Under the pieces are notes generated by a model. That model was not told the origin of the DNA. It saw nothing but the letters and a program-made list of their open reading frames with translations, and made no database searches. DNA of 64,000 nt from assembly GCF_009914755.1 (NCBI RefSeq), contig NC_060939.1; one strand, 5' to 3'. Position 1 is the stretch's first letter. Each line of letters begins with the position of its first letter. This stretch comes from the human T2T-CHM13v2.0 reference genome, Homo sapiens. Positions 1 to 30,560 of this stretch are shown in pieces. Both the position numbers and the translations under genes were made by a program.

Positions 1-1218
<1,218 letters not shown>

Positions 1219-2527
1219 CACAATGTTATACACTCCAGAATGTAGAAATGCATTAGATAAAGGCCTGTTTACAGTTTAATAGGGGGAAAGACTTGCAAGT
1301 AAATAATTTTAGTTCGAAGTTAGAAAGTGGTAATAACTAAATACATGAAATTCCAGAAATATGATGGACTCTCAATAGAAAGAAAAATTATTTCTAGGTA
1401 GAGATGTCACTTTCTAAAGCTTTAAATAATGGAAAGAATTTCAACATTTGGAGATGAGGGGGAGAGACAGGTATTTCATGCAAGGGACATGAGCAATCTA
1501 TAAAAATGTAATAATTTATGCATGACGTACTTCACAGGGTCTGGTTTACCACTGACTGAGGGAGAATGGAAGGGGAACAGCAGAAAATAAAAAAAGTTTT
1601 GAATCCAAGTTAATAAACTTGACCTTTAATCTACAGGCAACAGAGAGCCATTGGATCAGCTATTTTGGATCACGGTGGTGCTTGAAGATGGCTACACCTA
1701 TAGCAGGTATATGTAAGATAGGCTAGTAGCAGAGTGATGCTAGAGGCAGGACATCAATGAGAAAGGTACTGCACTGACACCGTGCAGGGGATGGTAATGA
1801 GAACGTTGATTAGGTGGGGGCAGTGGGTAAGAAGATGCAAGAATTACTGTAGGGGTACAATCGACAGGACTTGGCAAGTGATTGGAGCATGGAAAGGCAA
1901 GAAAGGGCATCAAATCTGACATCAAAGTTTCCAAGTTGGTTGTATTAACAAAAACGGGTGCATAGCCTGGGAAGTAATTTGGGAGGGAAGAGGCCAAGCT
2001 TTGTCGGGATATTAAGTGTTTATACATTTGCTGAACATCCCACAAGACATGGGCAAGACTCTTGGAAGTAGCTGGATACTGACGACTGAAGCTGGAGCAG
2101 AGAGGGGGTATGTTTCTGCAAAACCACATACAAAACGGACTACGGAAATCTTACTACCGAGGCTTGCCCAGGCAGGAGAGAAAGGTGTAGCATCCCTGAA
2201 GTCATCAGTCGTGTCTACTCTTCACCGCCTGCTCTCACCTCACGTTCCCCACGAAGACTCCGGGAGCAGGCGGCCGGAAGGAGCCCTTCCCTCCCTTCTC
2301 CGGTGATTCCCAGAACTTCCGTCTCTACCCGTCACCTGCTCCCAATCAAAGGAGCTTAATAGACGGCGACGTTTTCGACTGCCCAGCCACCAGGCAGGCT
2401 GAAAGTGCATGGAGGGCATCATCCACCTTTAGACAGCTACTTGCCCACACCTCATCGAGCTCTGGGCGTTGTGCCAGCATTTGAAGAAGCGATCTGTTGC
2501 AAAGCGATCCACACGGAGAGCCTTAGT

Positions 2528-2579
2528 TATCGCGAGACTTGACAGGCACCCTCAACTTTAGCCCGCCGGAAGCGGAAGT
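2528..2579 (+). promoter_or_regulatory. BANP-type motif TATCGCGAGA (2528-2537) plus tandem ETS/GABPA motif CCGGAAGCGGAAGT (2566-2579)
   Basis: Direct matches to TMTCGCGAGA and a double GGAAG ETS core just upstream of exon 1. Confidence 0.75.
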
Positions 2580-2740
2580 CAGGTGGTTGTCGGATTTTAG
2601 AGGAAGGCGCTCGGTTACATTGGAGAACTGGAGTGGTCTGGAGTTCCACGGTGTAGTGGACCAGAGGCCACCTCTCCTGGGCTTCTCAGTGTCTCGCCGG
2701 CGGGGTTCGGCCTGAGCTGGATTGACATAGCCCTTGGCGG
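2580..2740 (+). other. RAMAC: RAMAC exon 1 (5' UTR; start approximate)
   Basis: Strong donor CGG|GTGAGT at 2740/2741 inside the CpG island; no ATG in the exon. Confidence 0.8.
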
Positions 2741-3297
2741 GTGAGTCGCCCCGGACGCCCGGGAGGAGGGAGCGGGGCGGCCGAGCTGGGTGGCCAGCGA
2801 GGTGTCCTCCCCCTGTGCGGTGATCTGTACTCTTTGCTAGACCGAAGCCCGTTTACTTCTCACGGCCCATAATTTCCCTCACTTCTGGAGGTATAAGGTG
2901 CTTCGGAAGGGAGCAAATCTGCCAGAACCTTGGTAAGCAAGCTGTGATGTGCCTTGAGGACGGACTGGAAAACGCAGTTGTTTTCAGTCTGCATCTTCGT
3001 CTGTTCCCCGGGCTCACCTCCCAGGGCAGCGAAACCCCATTCTGGTTGGTTATTTCCAGGGTTAGTCGCCCGCAGCCAAAGTTCTTTGTGGTTTTATTTG
3101 TGGTGAATAAATTAGCAGTATTCAAGTACAAATCTGAAAGGCTTACCCTAAAAGAACATACATACTTTATGAAGTTTGTATTCATACTTGAACTATTTTG
3201 CTTTTGAAGGCCCAGAGGACAAATCTTGTAGCTTCTTGCTCTTGAGAACCAGTTCCCTCTTTGGAATATTAGCTTTGGAAGTCTTTAGAGCGTTTTT

Positions 3298-5230
<1,933 letters not shown>

Positions 5231-5344
5231 TCAATATCTAAAATATGACATGTCTGAAAGCACACAAAGACTTCCATGAATACCCCGCCTAAAAATTGCT
5301 TACTTCTTGGTTTTTCATTATTTGGAGAGAGTGTTAATTTTTAA

Positions 5345-5590
<246 letters not shown>

Positions 5591-6225
5591 TGATCTGGCA
5601 GAGGATAGCTTTAATCTGCTAGACTGGAAGGCCAGTGAGGGCAGGGACCAGTGTTTTTGGTATGGCATACCTAGTACCTAATAACAGTACCTGGTACATC
5701 ATTTCTGATAAATATTTGCTTTAATATTTTTTCAGCACCATGTATTTTTTCCTTGCTGTTCAAGTGCGTGTGTTTTTTTGTTTTTAGATGTTTTTTCTGT
5801 AGACTAATATTTTCAATGCAAATCTACTTTAAAAACCTAGAGTTTTCTACAGCTTGTTCAATTCCATAAAGAAAACATTGTTTCGATTTTACTTTAGGAA
5901 GAAGTTTACAAATGGAAGTTACTTTTACTTAATAATTCAAAATAGTCAAAGGAATAAATTACCATACCATTTTTGTACAATTGAATAGATTTCACTTTAA
6001 TTTGGAACTATTCTATTGGTTATATAGTCTGCCTATGTCTCTGTAAAGTGTACCTAGTATAATACTGGAAGAATGATTTCAATCTTAGGAAAGTTTTGAA
6101 TAACTGGCACTATAACATTCTATTGTGAAAAATGTTTTTTAGTCTTATTTATTGTGTATTAGAATGAGAAACCAGAAGCACTGCTATGGGTTTGTCATAT
6201 GTTTTTTTTAACAAGGGAAGTTTAA

Positions 6226-6438
<213 letters not shown>

Positions 6439-7410
6439 TAGAAATGTTGGCAGCTTTTAGTAAAAGCATTTACTCTGTTACCATGAGAAAAGTTTGGGTG
6501 TCTTCTGTTGGTCATAGTTTTACATCTGATTTTACAGAATGGATTATTGATTTTTTGGAAGTTGAGACTTTAAAAAAAATAGATCTTACTTGCGAAATGC
6601 GATGGTTGCTGGGAATACCTGAAACTGTGGATTATATTGCTTGACTTCTACCTCAGAATCTTCTTTGTTTCATGACTTAATAGTGCTTTAAGTTTGGTAT
6701 ATTATTTGACCTCTAGGAATTCTTTGTTTTACACAGAAATAAAAATTTTAAAATAGAAAATGCTTTTACTTTGTAAGGTAAGAGAGTATCCATATGCTTA
6801 GATGTGCTCGTTTCTAAAATTCTAGAGGTTGATATAATCAGCTCATGAATGCACAGCTATGCTTTTTGTGATAGATTGTACATAACATCAGCAGTTGAAA
6901 GGTAAAACAATTGCTTTTTTTTTTTTTTGCATTTGTTAAGTGACTATGGTACTTTGTGATTCCTTAATCTATAGATGAGTCAGCTCCACACTTGAGTCTC
7001 TTTTTAGAGGGAAATCAGTAATAAAGCTGTAAAATAAGGAAGGAATCATTGTCAGTTTGTGTCTTGATCTGGTGGTGGTTGGGATAAGGGTACACATCAT
7101 TTTATACAAACACTAAAGCTTTTTGCTAACAACATAGCAGGTCAAAATTCACACATAAGAAAGTTTAACTCTGTACTGTTCACACTTTTTAATCCTGTAA
7201 ATAATGCTGCATTTTGATGGTTCTTACTTTTTTGGTATTTAATGTGGGCTGATTTTACAATGTTATATTCACTTCCAGATGCATACCTCTGCTGCTTTCT
7301 CTCCTATAAATAGTGATGCTATAAACTTCCTTTCACAGAGATCATTCTATTTCAAATCACTTTAATGATTATTACAATGATTTCATTCAAATAAAAATTT
7401 TAAAATATTT
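6439..7410 (+). other. RAMAC: RAMAC 3' UTR with candidate polyA signals AATAAA at 6738, 7020 and 7390
   Basis: AT-rich unique sequence after the stop with three AATAAA hexamers; the true 3' end cannot be fixed from sequence alone. Confidence 0.65.
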
Positions 7411-7596
7411 AAGCATCTTCACTCCCAAGTTCTGGCAGTTAGCCCATTTATTAATATGGTGAAATGAGATTTTTGGGTTTTTTTATGCTGTCCTTCATAT
7501 CTGTTGAAAAGGGCTTATTTGGTTTAACAGTAACATTAAGAGTGCAAATTTCAACATAGGTCAAAGGAATTAACAGGCACCTTCCTGACTTTATTA

Positions 7597-13396
<5,800 letters not shown>

Positions 13397-13570
13397 TTAT
13401 TATTATTATTATTTTTAACTGACTTCTATAGCTGTTATTTTCCTGTCTTTATTCACTGTTCTCTATCTTGCCTTCTAAATTTCATACCGTTTTCAGCCTC
13501 TTCTCTGTTGCACTGTTTCCAACATGGTCTTTATTTCTATTATGCTTTTGTTTTTCATTTTTATTTATTT

Positions 13571-15537
13571 ATTTTTATTTTTTTTTTAATTTATTTTTTT
13601 ATTGATAATTCTTGGGTGTTTCTCACAGAGGGGGATTTGGCAGGGAAGGTCAGCAGATAAACAAGTGAACAAAGGTCTCTGGTTTTCCTAGGCAGAGGAC
13701 CCTGCGGCCTTCCGCAGTGTTTGTGTCCCTGATTACTTGAGATTAGGGAGTGGTGATGACTCTTAACGAGCATGCTGCCTTCAAGCATCTGTTTAACAAA
13801 GCACATCTTGCACCGCCCTTAATCCATTTAACCCTGAGTGGACACAGCACATGTTTCAGAGAGCACAGGGTTGGGGGCAAGGTCACAGATCAACAGGATC
13901 CCAAGGCAGAGGAATTTTTCTTAGTGCAGAACAAAATGAAAAGTCTCCCATGTCTACTTCTTTCCACACAGACACAGCAACCATCCGATCTCTCAATCTT
14001 TTCCCCACCTTTCCCGCCTTTCTATTCCACAAAGCCGCCATTGTCATCCTGGCCCGTTCTCAATGAGCTGTTGGGCACACCTCCCAGACGGGGTGGTGGC
14101 CGGGCAGAGGGGCTCCTCACTTCCCAGTAGGGGCGGCCGGGCAGAGGCGCCCCTCACCTCCCAGACGGGGCGGCTGGCCGGGCAGGGGGGCTGACCCCCC
14201 CCCACCTCCCTCCCGGACGGGGCGGCTGGCCGGGCAGAGGGGCTCCTCACTTCCCAGTAGGGGCGGCCGGGCAGAGGCGCCCCTCACCTCCCAGACGGGG
14301 CGGCTGGCCGGGCGGAGGGCTGACCCCCCCACCTCCCTCCCGGACGGGGCGGCTGGCCAGGCGGGGGGCTGACCCCCCCACCTCCCTCCCGGACGGGGCG
14401 GCTGACCCCCCATCTCCCTCCCGGACGGGGTGGCTGGCCGGGCTGAGGGGCTCCTCACTTCCCAGTAGGGGCGGCCGGGCAGAGGCGCCCCTCACCTCCC
14501 GGACGGGGCGGCTGGCCGGGCGGGGGGCTGACCCCCCACCTCCCTCCCGGACGGCACGGCTGGCCAGGCGGGGGGCTGACCCCCCCACCTCCCTCCCGGA
14601 TGGGGTGGCTGGCCGGGCGGGGGACTGACCCCCCCCCACCTCCCTCCCGGACGGGGTGGCTGCCGGGCGGAGACGCTCCTCACTTCCCAGATGGGGTGGC
14701 TGCCGGGCGGAGAGGCTCCTCACTTCTCAGATGGGGCAGCTGCCGGGCGGAGGGGCTCCTCACTTCTCAGACGGGGTGGTTGCCAGGCAGAGGGTCTCCT
14801 CACTTCTCAGACGGGGCGGCCGGGCAGAGACGCTCCTCACCTCCCAGACGGGGTCTCGGCCGGGCAGAGGCGCTCCTCACATCCCAGATGGGGCGGCGGG
14901 GCAGAGGCGCTCCCCACATCTCAGATGATGGGCGGCCGGGCAGAGACGCTCCTCACTTCCTAGATGTGATGGCGGCTGGGAAGAGGCGCTCCTCACTTCC
15001 TAGATGGGATGGCGGCCGGGCGGAGACGCTCCTCACTTTCCAGACTGGGCAGCCAGGCAGAGGGGCTCCTCACATCCCAGACGATGGGCGGCCAGGCAGA
15101 GACACTCCTCACTTCCCAGACGGGGTGGCGGCCGGGCAGAGGCTGCAATCTCGGCACTTTGGGAGGCCAAGGCAGGCGGCTGGGAGGTGTAGGTTGTAGT
15201 GAGCCGAGATCACGCCACTGCACTCCAGCCTGGGCACCATTGAGCACTGAGTGAACGAGACTCCGTCTGCAATCCCGGCACCTCGGGAGGCCGAGGTTGG
15301 CGGATCACTCGTGGTTAGGGGCTGGAGACCGGCCCGGCCAACACAGCGAAACCCCGTCTCCACCAAAACCAGTCAGGCGTGGCGGCGCGCGCCTGCAATC
15401 ACAGGCACTCGGCAGGCTGAGGCAGGAGAATCAGGCAGGGAGGTTGCAGTGAGCCGAGATGGCAGCAGTACAGTCCAGCTTCGGCTCCGCATGAGAGGGA
15501 GACCGTGGGGAGAGGGGGAGGGGGAGGGGGAGGGGGC
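13571..15537 (-). mobile_element. SVA retrotransposon with all domains present (young subfamily, SVA_F-like)
   Basis: On the minus strand: hexamer head ~15507-15537, Alu-like domain ~15130-15500, GC-rich VNTR ~14080-15130, SINE-R ~13600-14070, polyA. 16-bp TSD TCATTTTTATTTATTT at 13555-13570 and 15538-15553. Confidence 0.97.
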
Positions 15538-15540
15538 TCA

Positions 15541-22031
<6,491 letters not shown>

Positions 22032-22288
22032 CTGGACCAAAAGAGAAAAAGCATACTTTACTGTTTAGCACATTCTAATGCTATTAGAGATAGCAGACCT
22101 CCGTTGTATAATGGGCTCTCCTGATGGCTTTCTCTTGGTTACTTCTGGTCTAACCAAAGACTATCTCTTAGATTCTTCCTTACTACCATTTGTTACTAAA
22201 CATTTGTTAGTACTAACAACTCTCCAGGGTTTTTACCTTCATACATCAATTTCTATAATAAAAGCTGGACATTAAAATCTCAAAAATG

Positions 22289-25016
<2,728 letters not shown>

Positions 25017-26577
25017 CTGGAATGAAAATAGTGTGGACTTTATCCTTAAGGAGTTCTTTTTCTTCATGAAGCAAGGACATTTTGTAAAAGAGTTTTTGCA
25101 TTTGCCTGGCACACAGATTTTCAATTAAAAACTGTTGAATGAAGAAATGAATGATTAAACTAATCACATTTAAGGAACATGAACATGATAAAAATGGCCC
25201 TACCATTACAGGAAATAAATCCAGAGAAGAAAAGTTATTGACCCAATCTTGCCGACCAAGATGGGCTTACAGAGCCCTGGGGAATATCCTGGATTTAGGC
25301 AACTGGAAATTGCCCTTGGTATGTGAAGAGCCCCAGGCAGGGAGTCATAGATGGCCTTCAGCCTCATCAATGTCACTGAAGAAGTGTATGGACAGGGCAG
25401 CTTACTAGATTGTACAAGGTTGTGCAGGGTTTCCTCAACAGGAAAATGAGAGCCCCGGACTAGGTTCACCTCTTATGTGACACATATCTTGAGTGTTTTT
25501 AAAATTTAATAATGTTTACTTAACAAATATTTACAGAGCACTTACTATACACCAATTTTAAGCACACACAAATGTGTTAAAGGCTTTACAAATACTAACT
25601 TCTTTAATCCTTATAATAACTTTATGAAGATATTAGTACCATTATTATCTCCATTTTACAAATGAGCCATGGCATCCAGCCTCCCATTTTAGATCTAATG
25701 AAACATAATACTCCAACGTAGACAGTGTCCACACCCACTACTTAGAAAATGCTGGCCAAGGAGGGTATGGCTAAGTTAACTTGGTCATCAGCATAAACCA
25801 GGTCTAGCACGTCAATGTTGTGGTTTTCCTTTCAAAATCTAAAAATGGTTTGAAATACAGAGCTTTAGAGGTGAAAAAGACCTTCAAAAGAATTTAGAGC
25901 AATGGTTTTTGAACTTTTTTTCCTTTAGAATCCCTTCCCCCAATTTTCTCCAGAATCCCAATATGTAAAACAAATGTAAACATAGCTAGTCAGGAGCCCT
26001 GGCTGCCTGGCCTCCTCCTTGCCCAAAGCTGATTCCTGAGGCACCTCCAGCACTCCAGAGAATAGCCTGAAAGCCTCTAACTTAGTCCAACGATCTCATC
26101 TGACAGATGAAAAAACTGGACCCATGAATGTTTTATACTGTTTTGATTTAAAACAAATTCGCACAGGAACTGATCACGGGTCTCAGATCTCAAGTTTTCT
26201 CCCTCTCCTTAGGCCAGTGATCATTAAACTACACTAAAATGTCTCTTCTTTCTCTGGCCAATGTCTCCAGTTTTGGAACAGGACAAACTAAGAATAATCC
26301 AGACTACACACAAGTTTCCATAACTGTCCTTTCTAAAATACTGTATTTTTAAAGAGGAAAATATACAATGGTTTTCGTGTAACTTGGCATGATTTAAAGA
26401 TATATTCACTTTAAGACACCTTTACATTAGAATCTAGAATTTTAAAATGGAGAAGCCTCTAACTGCAGATGTGAAAAATCAACTGTCATAGAATAAGCTT
26501 TCAGCTAACCAAAGCAAAGGAGGGCTGTAGGAGACACCTGATTCACACTTGAATCCCACCCCAGTGTCCAGGTATAC

Positions 26578-26704
26578 CTGTTACAGCATTTTGTTTGGAG
26601 CCAGGTTTTGCATGGATGGCTATGGTGACGCATCCTTTAGGATCAACTGCCACAGGACCTAAGGGAGGAAGTGGTCTCTCTGGTTCCTTGCTCTGGCTTT
26701 TACC
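26578..26704 (-). CDS. C15orf40: C15orf40 coding exon 2
   Basis: TTTTAG|GGT...ACAG|GTATAC; [42 protein letters not shown], 127 nt. Confidence 0.95.
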
Positions 26705-27499
26705 CTAAAATGACAACCACACAACTTTACAGGTTACAAAATATTTTCCCACACATTTAATTTGATTCTTCCACTACCCCCTTTCACCCTTAACAGACAA
26801 ACTAGGCTCATCAGTGGTGTCCAGGGACTTCTGGCCACCTAGAAAGCTTTTCCCACAACCTTCAAGGCTCTACTCAATTTTCCCACGAAGGGTTCCCATC
26901 AACCCAACAGTGTTTTTTCCCCCCTTGCAAGAAAACCTAACTCTGGCTTCTAAACCTTAATGCTTGCTCCTCCCTCTGCTTTGTATTTCCAATTCCTTGG
27001 GGGCAGGGATCATTTATTATTCATCATTGTATCTCATGCAGTCGGAGCTAATAAATGTTGGTGAAAGTGTGTATGTCTGCATGTTGCGGGAAAGGGAGGA
27101 AAAAAAAATAGTGCTTGATATTTAAAGGCCTGTTATGGGACAGGGGCTGTGCTAGGAACTTTCGTTCAACAAATATGTAGGCAATGGATATGTAAAGATG
27201 AAAAGGTACATGGTCCTTGCTCTCAAGGAGCTCGGACTGCTGCGAGGGAGAAAGAACATACAAAATTATAATACACTGTGCTAAGTGCACCGATGAGATA
27301 GGCACAGAACATTACCCCACAGGCAAATCAGCATTGGGGCACTGGAGAATGCTGCCAGCAGGAGGCAGTGCTTGAGCTGAGTCTGAGAAACGGACTGGGG
27401 TTGGCCAAACAAAGATGGTGGAAATGGGAGTGCTGTATTCTTGACAGAAGGGGTGCGATCAGCCAAAGCAAGGGAGGAGAAAGCAGAATACAGCCTCCT

Positions 27500-28450
27500 G
27501 GGGAAACGCAGGTCATGCCGCTGCGGGAACATGAATTGCTGGACTGGGAGTGCGGGTAGGAGGCCAAAGGTCAGCACACGCAGCCCAAGGAGAGCTCGGC
27601 TGCCGCCGGGCCCAGCGCTCAGAAATCACCAGGTGGACGGCAGCGCAGCCTACTGAGGCGGGGCGACGGCAGCAGGCCGCAGCTCTGGGGGTGGCGGCGG
27701 CTGTCCTGAGCCCCGGAACTGAGAGACGGCAAGCCGCTGGCAGTGCCTCCACTCACTCCCGGGCCCCGCTTCTCCCGCGCTCTTCAACAAGTACCCCTGA
27801 GGCCCACCCCTCTGCCGCCACGGGACCTGCTACTGGCCTTGGTCGTCGCACCAGCCTTCTTAGGCATCTCGGCGCGAAGAAGCCGAGCGGAGCCCCGAGT
27901 ATTGGGTGTTGCCCGAAAGTGCCTCAGCCCGCTGCGGAGCCGCAGCATCCCCGCCTGGGAAGGCGCCGGAAGAGCCCTCTGCGCTTGCGCAGGTAGCCGG
28001 CAGGAGCGGCCCCAGCGCCCGGCGCATCCGCTCTGGCCAGAGGGCGACACCTTAAGGCCGGCGGGAGCGAGTCTCGTGGCCGCAGAACATGCGCGAGTCT
28101 CTTTTGTTCTGGAACGGGCCGAGCCCCAGGAAGTGGAGCTGCGGAGCTGAGGCCTCACCGTGTCTTGGCCCACCCTGCTCAGCTGATAGGAAGGTGTGTC
28201 ACCTCTTTCCTAATCGGGGAAAGAAAGGTATTGTCACTTCTCAGAATTGGAGAGCGCGGCAAGGAGTGCACAGGGCCAGGTGTCTTCTCGCTCCCACAGC
28301 CAAGCAGCAGATGCAGAGTCCCACGCGCTGCCTGTGGCCATCAAGTCGATATAGAGCCTCGTGGCGGCTTGGCCCTTGTGAATCTTCCACGTATCGATGG
28401 CGCACCTACCTTGTGCCAGGCGCAGCGGATCCCACAATGTAAAAGAAGAG
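27500..28450 (-). promoter_or_regulatory. C15orf40: CpG island / C15orf40 promoter with NRF1-like TGCGCTTGCGCA (27980-27991) and ETS cores (CCGGAAG 27966-27972; CAGGAAGTG ~28127)
   Basis: High CpG density and motif matches immediately upstream of the ATG. Confidence 0.8.
27838..27948 (-). CDS. C15orf40: C15orf40 coding exon 1 (aa 1-37), GC donor
   Basis: ATG at 27948; MLRLRSGLRHFRATPNTRGSARLLRAEMPKKAGATTK. 111+127+128+96 = 462 nt = 153 aa + stop. Confidence 0.92.
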
Positions 28451-28689
28451 GAAATACACTGCGACATGTGATATGGAGAGACATGAAACAAATCAGCAGA
28501 GGCAAGATCATGGAGTCACTGAAGGCTTTCAAGCAAGGGATTATTAGCAGCCCAATTTGCTGGGTTTTAGAAAGACACCGGCTGCACTGTGGCCGACAGA
28601 GGAAAAGCCAGAGACAGGGAGATCCGCCCCCTAAATGGGAGAGGGTGGCCTGAACTAGAGTAACCGCAGGGAGGGTGGAGCGCTGATCA

Positions 28690-30560
28690 TTTCAAGGATC
28701 TTCAGGAACTGAAATGATCAGAACTTGGGAATGACTGCATGTGCGAATAAGGGGGAAAAGTCAAGGAAATGCCCAGGTTTGGGGCCCAAGGAACAGGTTT
28801 GGGAGGCCGAGGTGAGGAGTTCAGCTTTGGACATAATGAGTTTGAGATGCCCACAGGACATCCAAATACAAATGTTAAAGGGGTAACTGAATATATGTGA
28901 CTGGAGTTTGCGAAATCAAGGCTGGTGATAGAGATTCTGGAATCTTCTGAAAGCAGATGGCAATTGAAGCTATGGAAATGGATGAGAGAGTGTGTAAAGA
29001 GCACGAGGGCCCAGGTTAGAACAGCAAGGGCAGGTAGAGAAGTCACCAAAGGACACTGACCAGGTAGGAGTACGGTGTAACGGCAGCTAAAGAAGGGCGC
29101 TTCAAGAGGGAACATCAACAGTGATGAACACTCTGGAGAGAACATGTCACATGTAACGACTGAGAAGTGGCCACAAGATTTAGAAATCAGGGTGGTGGTG
29201 GTGACCCGGGCTACAGCAGTTTTAGTGGAGAGAAGGAAATGGAGATAATTGTAGAGAATAATCCAGTGACTTCACTGTGAAGGAGCAATTGGTATCTGGA
29301 GGGGCACATGACATTCAGAGACTTATTTTTATCATATTTGAAGATTGGTAGGAAAGAGCCAGGAGAAGAGAGGTTACAGCAGAGGACGGTTCCTGAAGAG
29401 GTAGGATCTGAGCTCAAGTAGAGATTGAGTTCTCTACAGGAGGCCTTAGACACTCCTTCCTTCCTAAGGGAAAGCTTAGGTGGACATGTAGCTGTGTTTG
29501 TAGGTTTGGTGATGGGAGGTGGAATTTCTTTCATTAACTAAGGCGGGGGAGGTGTTGAAGGTATATTGGGACTCTTGAGAATGGCAAAGGGCTGACTATT
29601 GCAACTCACCCAGCGGTAGACAGTTAAGGGAGACCGTGAAATCATCTATGATCCCAATCTATAGTTACCTTATTTTATTTTTGTTTATTTTTGAGACAGG
29701 GGGATGGGAAGAGCCTGTCGCCCAGGCTGGAGTGCAGTGGCGGGATCTCGGCTCACTGCAACCTCCGCCTCCTAGGTTCAAGCAATTCTCCCTGCCTCAG
29801 CCTCCAGAGTAGCTGGGACTACAGGCGCGCGCCACCACACCCATTTTTTGTATTTTTAGTAGAGACGGGCGTTTCGCCATTTCGCCCAGGCTGGTCTCGA
29901 ACTCCTGAGCTCAGGCAATCCACCCACTTCGGCCTCCCAAAGTGCTAGGATTACAGGCGTGAGCTAGCGCCTGGCCTATAGTTACGTTACTTTAGATGCC
30001 TGGATTCACCAGCTAAGAAGTTTTTTTTTTTAATTAAATTTTTTTTTGGCCCCAGTGCTACTACCAAAGCAGTCAGGAAGTTGAAGATAAGGCAGACAAC
30101 TGGATTGATTCAGGTATATTTAAGTGGGTTGAGGGTTATTGATGAAATGGTTAAAGTTATTAAAGACCAAAGGTGGAGAGGGGTTGAGGGAGACCAAAAG
30201 TAGAGTCTAACTGGGTAAAGAAGGAAGTAAAGAAGAAAAGAACAGAGAGGACAAGGGGCTGCAGTCTTAGGTTCAATAACGGGTGTAACTGGAATGTGAG
30301 TGAGAGCTGGAAGAAACACCAAAGGTTGTGGCCAGAGAGTGGGATGTCTGAATTTCCTATTTCAGATGTAGAGCAATTCCACATCATGATAGGGTATATG
30401 GTGTGGCCATGATAAGGAATGGTGAAGGTTGCTGGAGGTAAAGAAGAAACTGGAAACCTAGGTGTAGCTGGGTTGTCCACATGGCCACTGAGGCCATGCA
30501 GTATAAAGGCTTGAGCAGAAGAAAGTGAGCCAGGTGTTAAACCAAAACCATATTTCCCTT
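28690..30560. mobile_element. Degenerate L2-like fragments interrupted by an Alu (~29670-29976, -)
   Basis: L2-type purine-rich motifs (GAGTTCAGCTTTGGACATAATGAGTTTGAGATGCC...CATCCAA). Confidence 0.55.

Larger units (their letters stand above)
2200..3070. promoter_or_regulatory. RAMAC: CpG island / RAMAC promoter region
   Basis: High GC and CpG density spanning exon 1. Confidence 0.85.

Noticed and set aside
27949-28173. 75-codon in-frame extension upstream of the C15orf40 ATG
   Set aside because: Starts at a non-ATG codon and crosses the promoter motifs; open frames are expected in CpG islands.
27281-28653. Several + strand ORFs over the C15orf40 CpG island
   Set aside because: GC-content artefacts with no recognisable protein similarity or splice structure.
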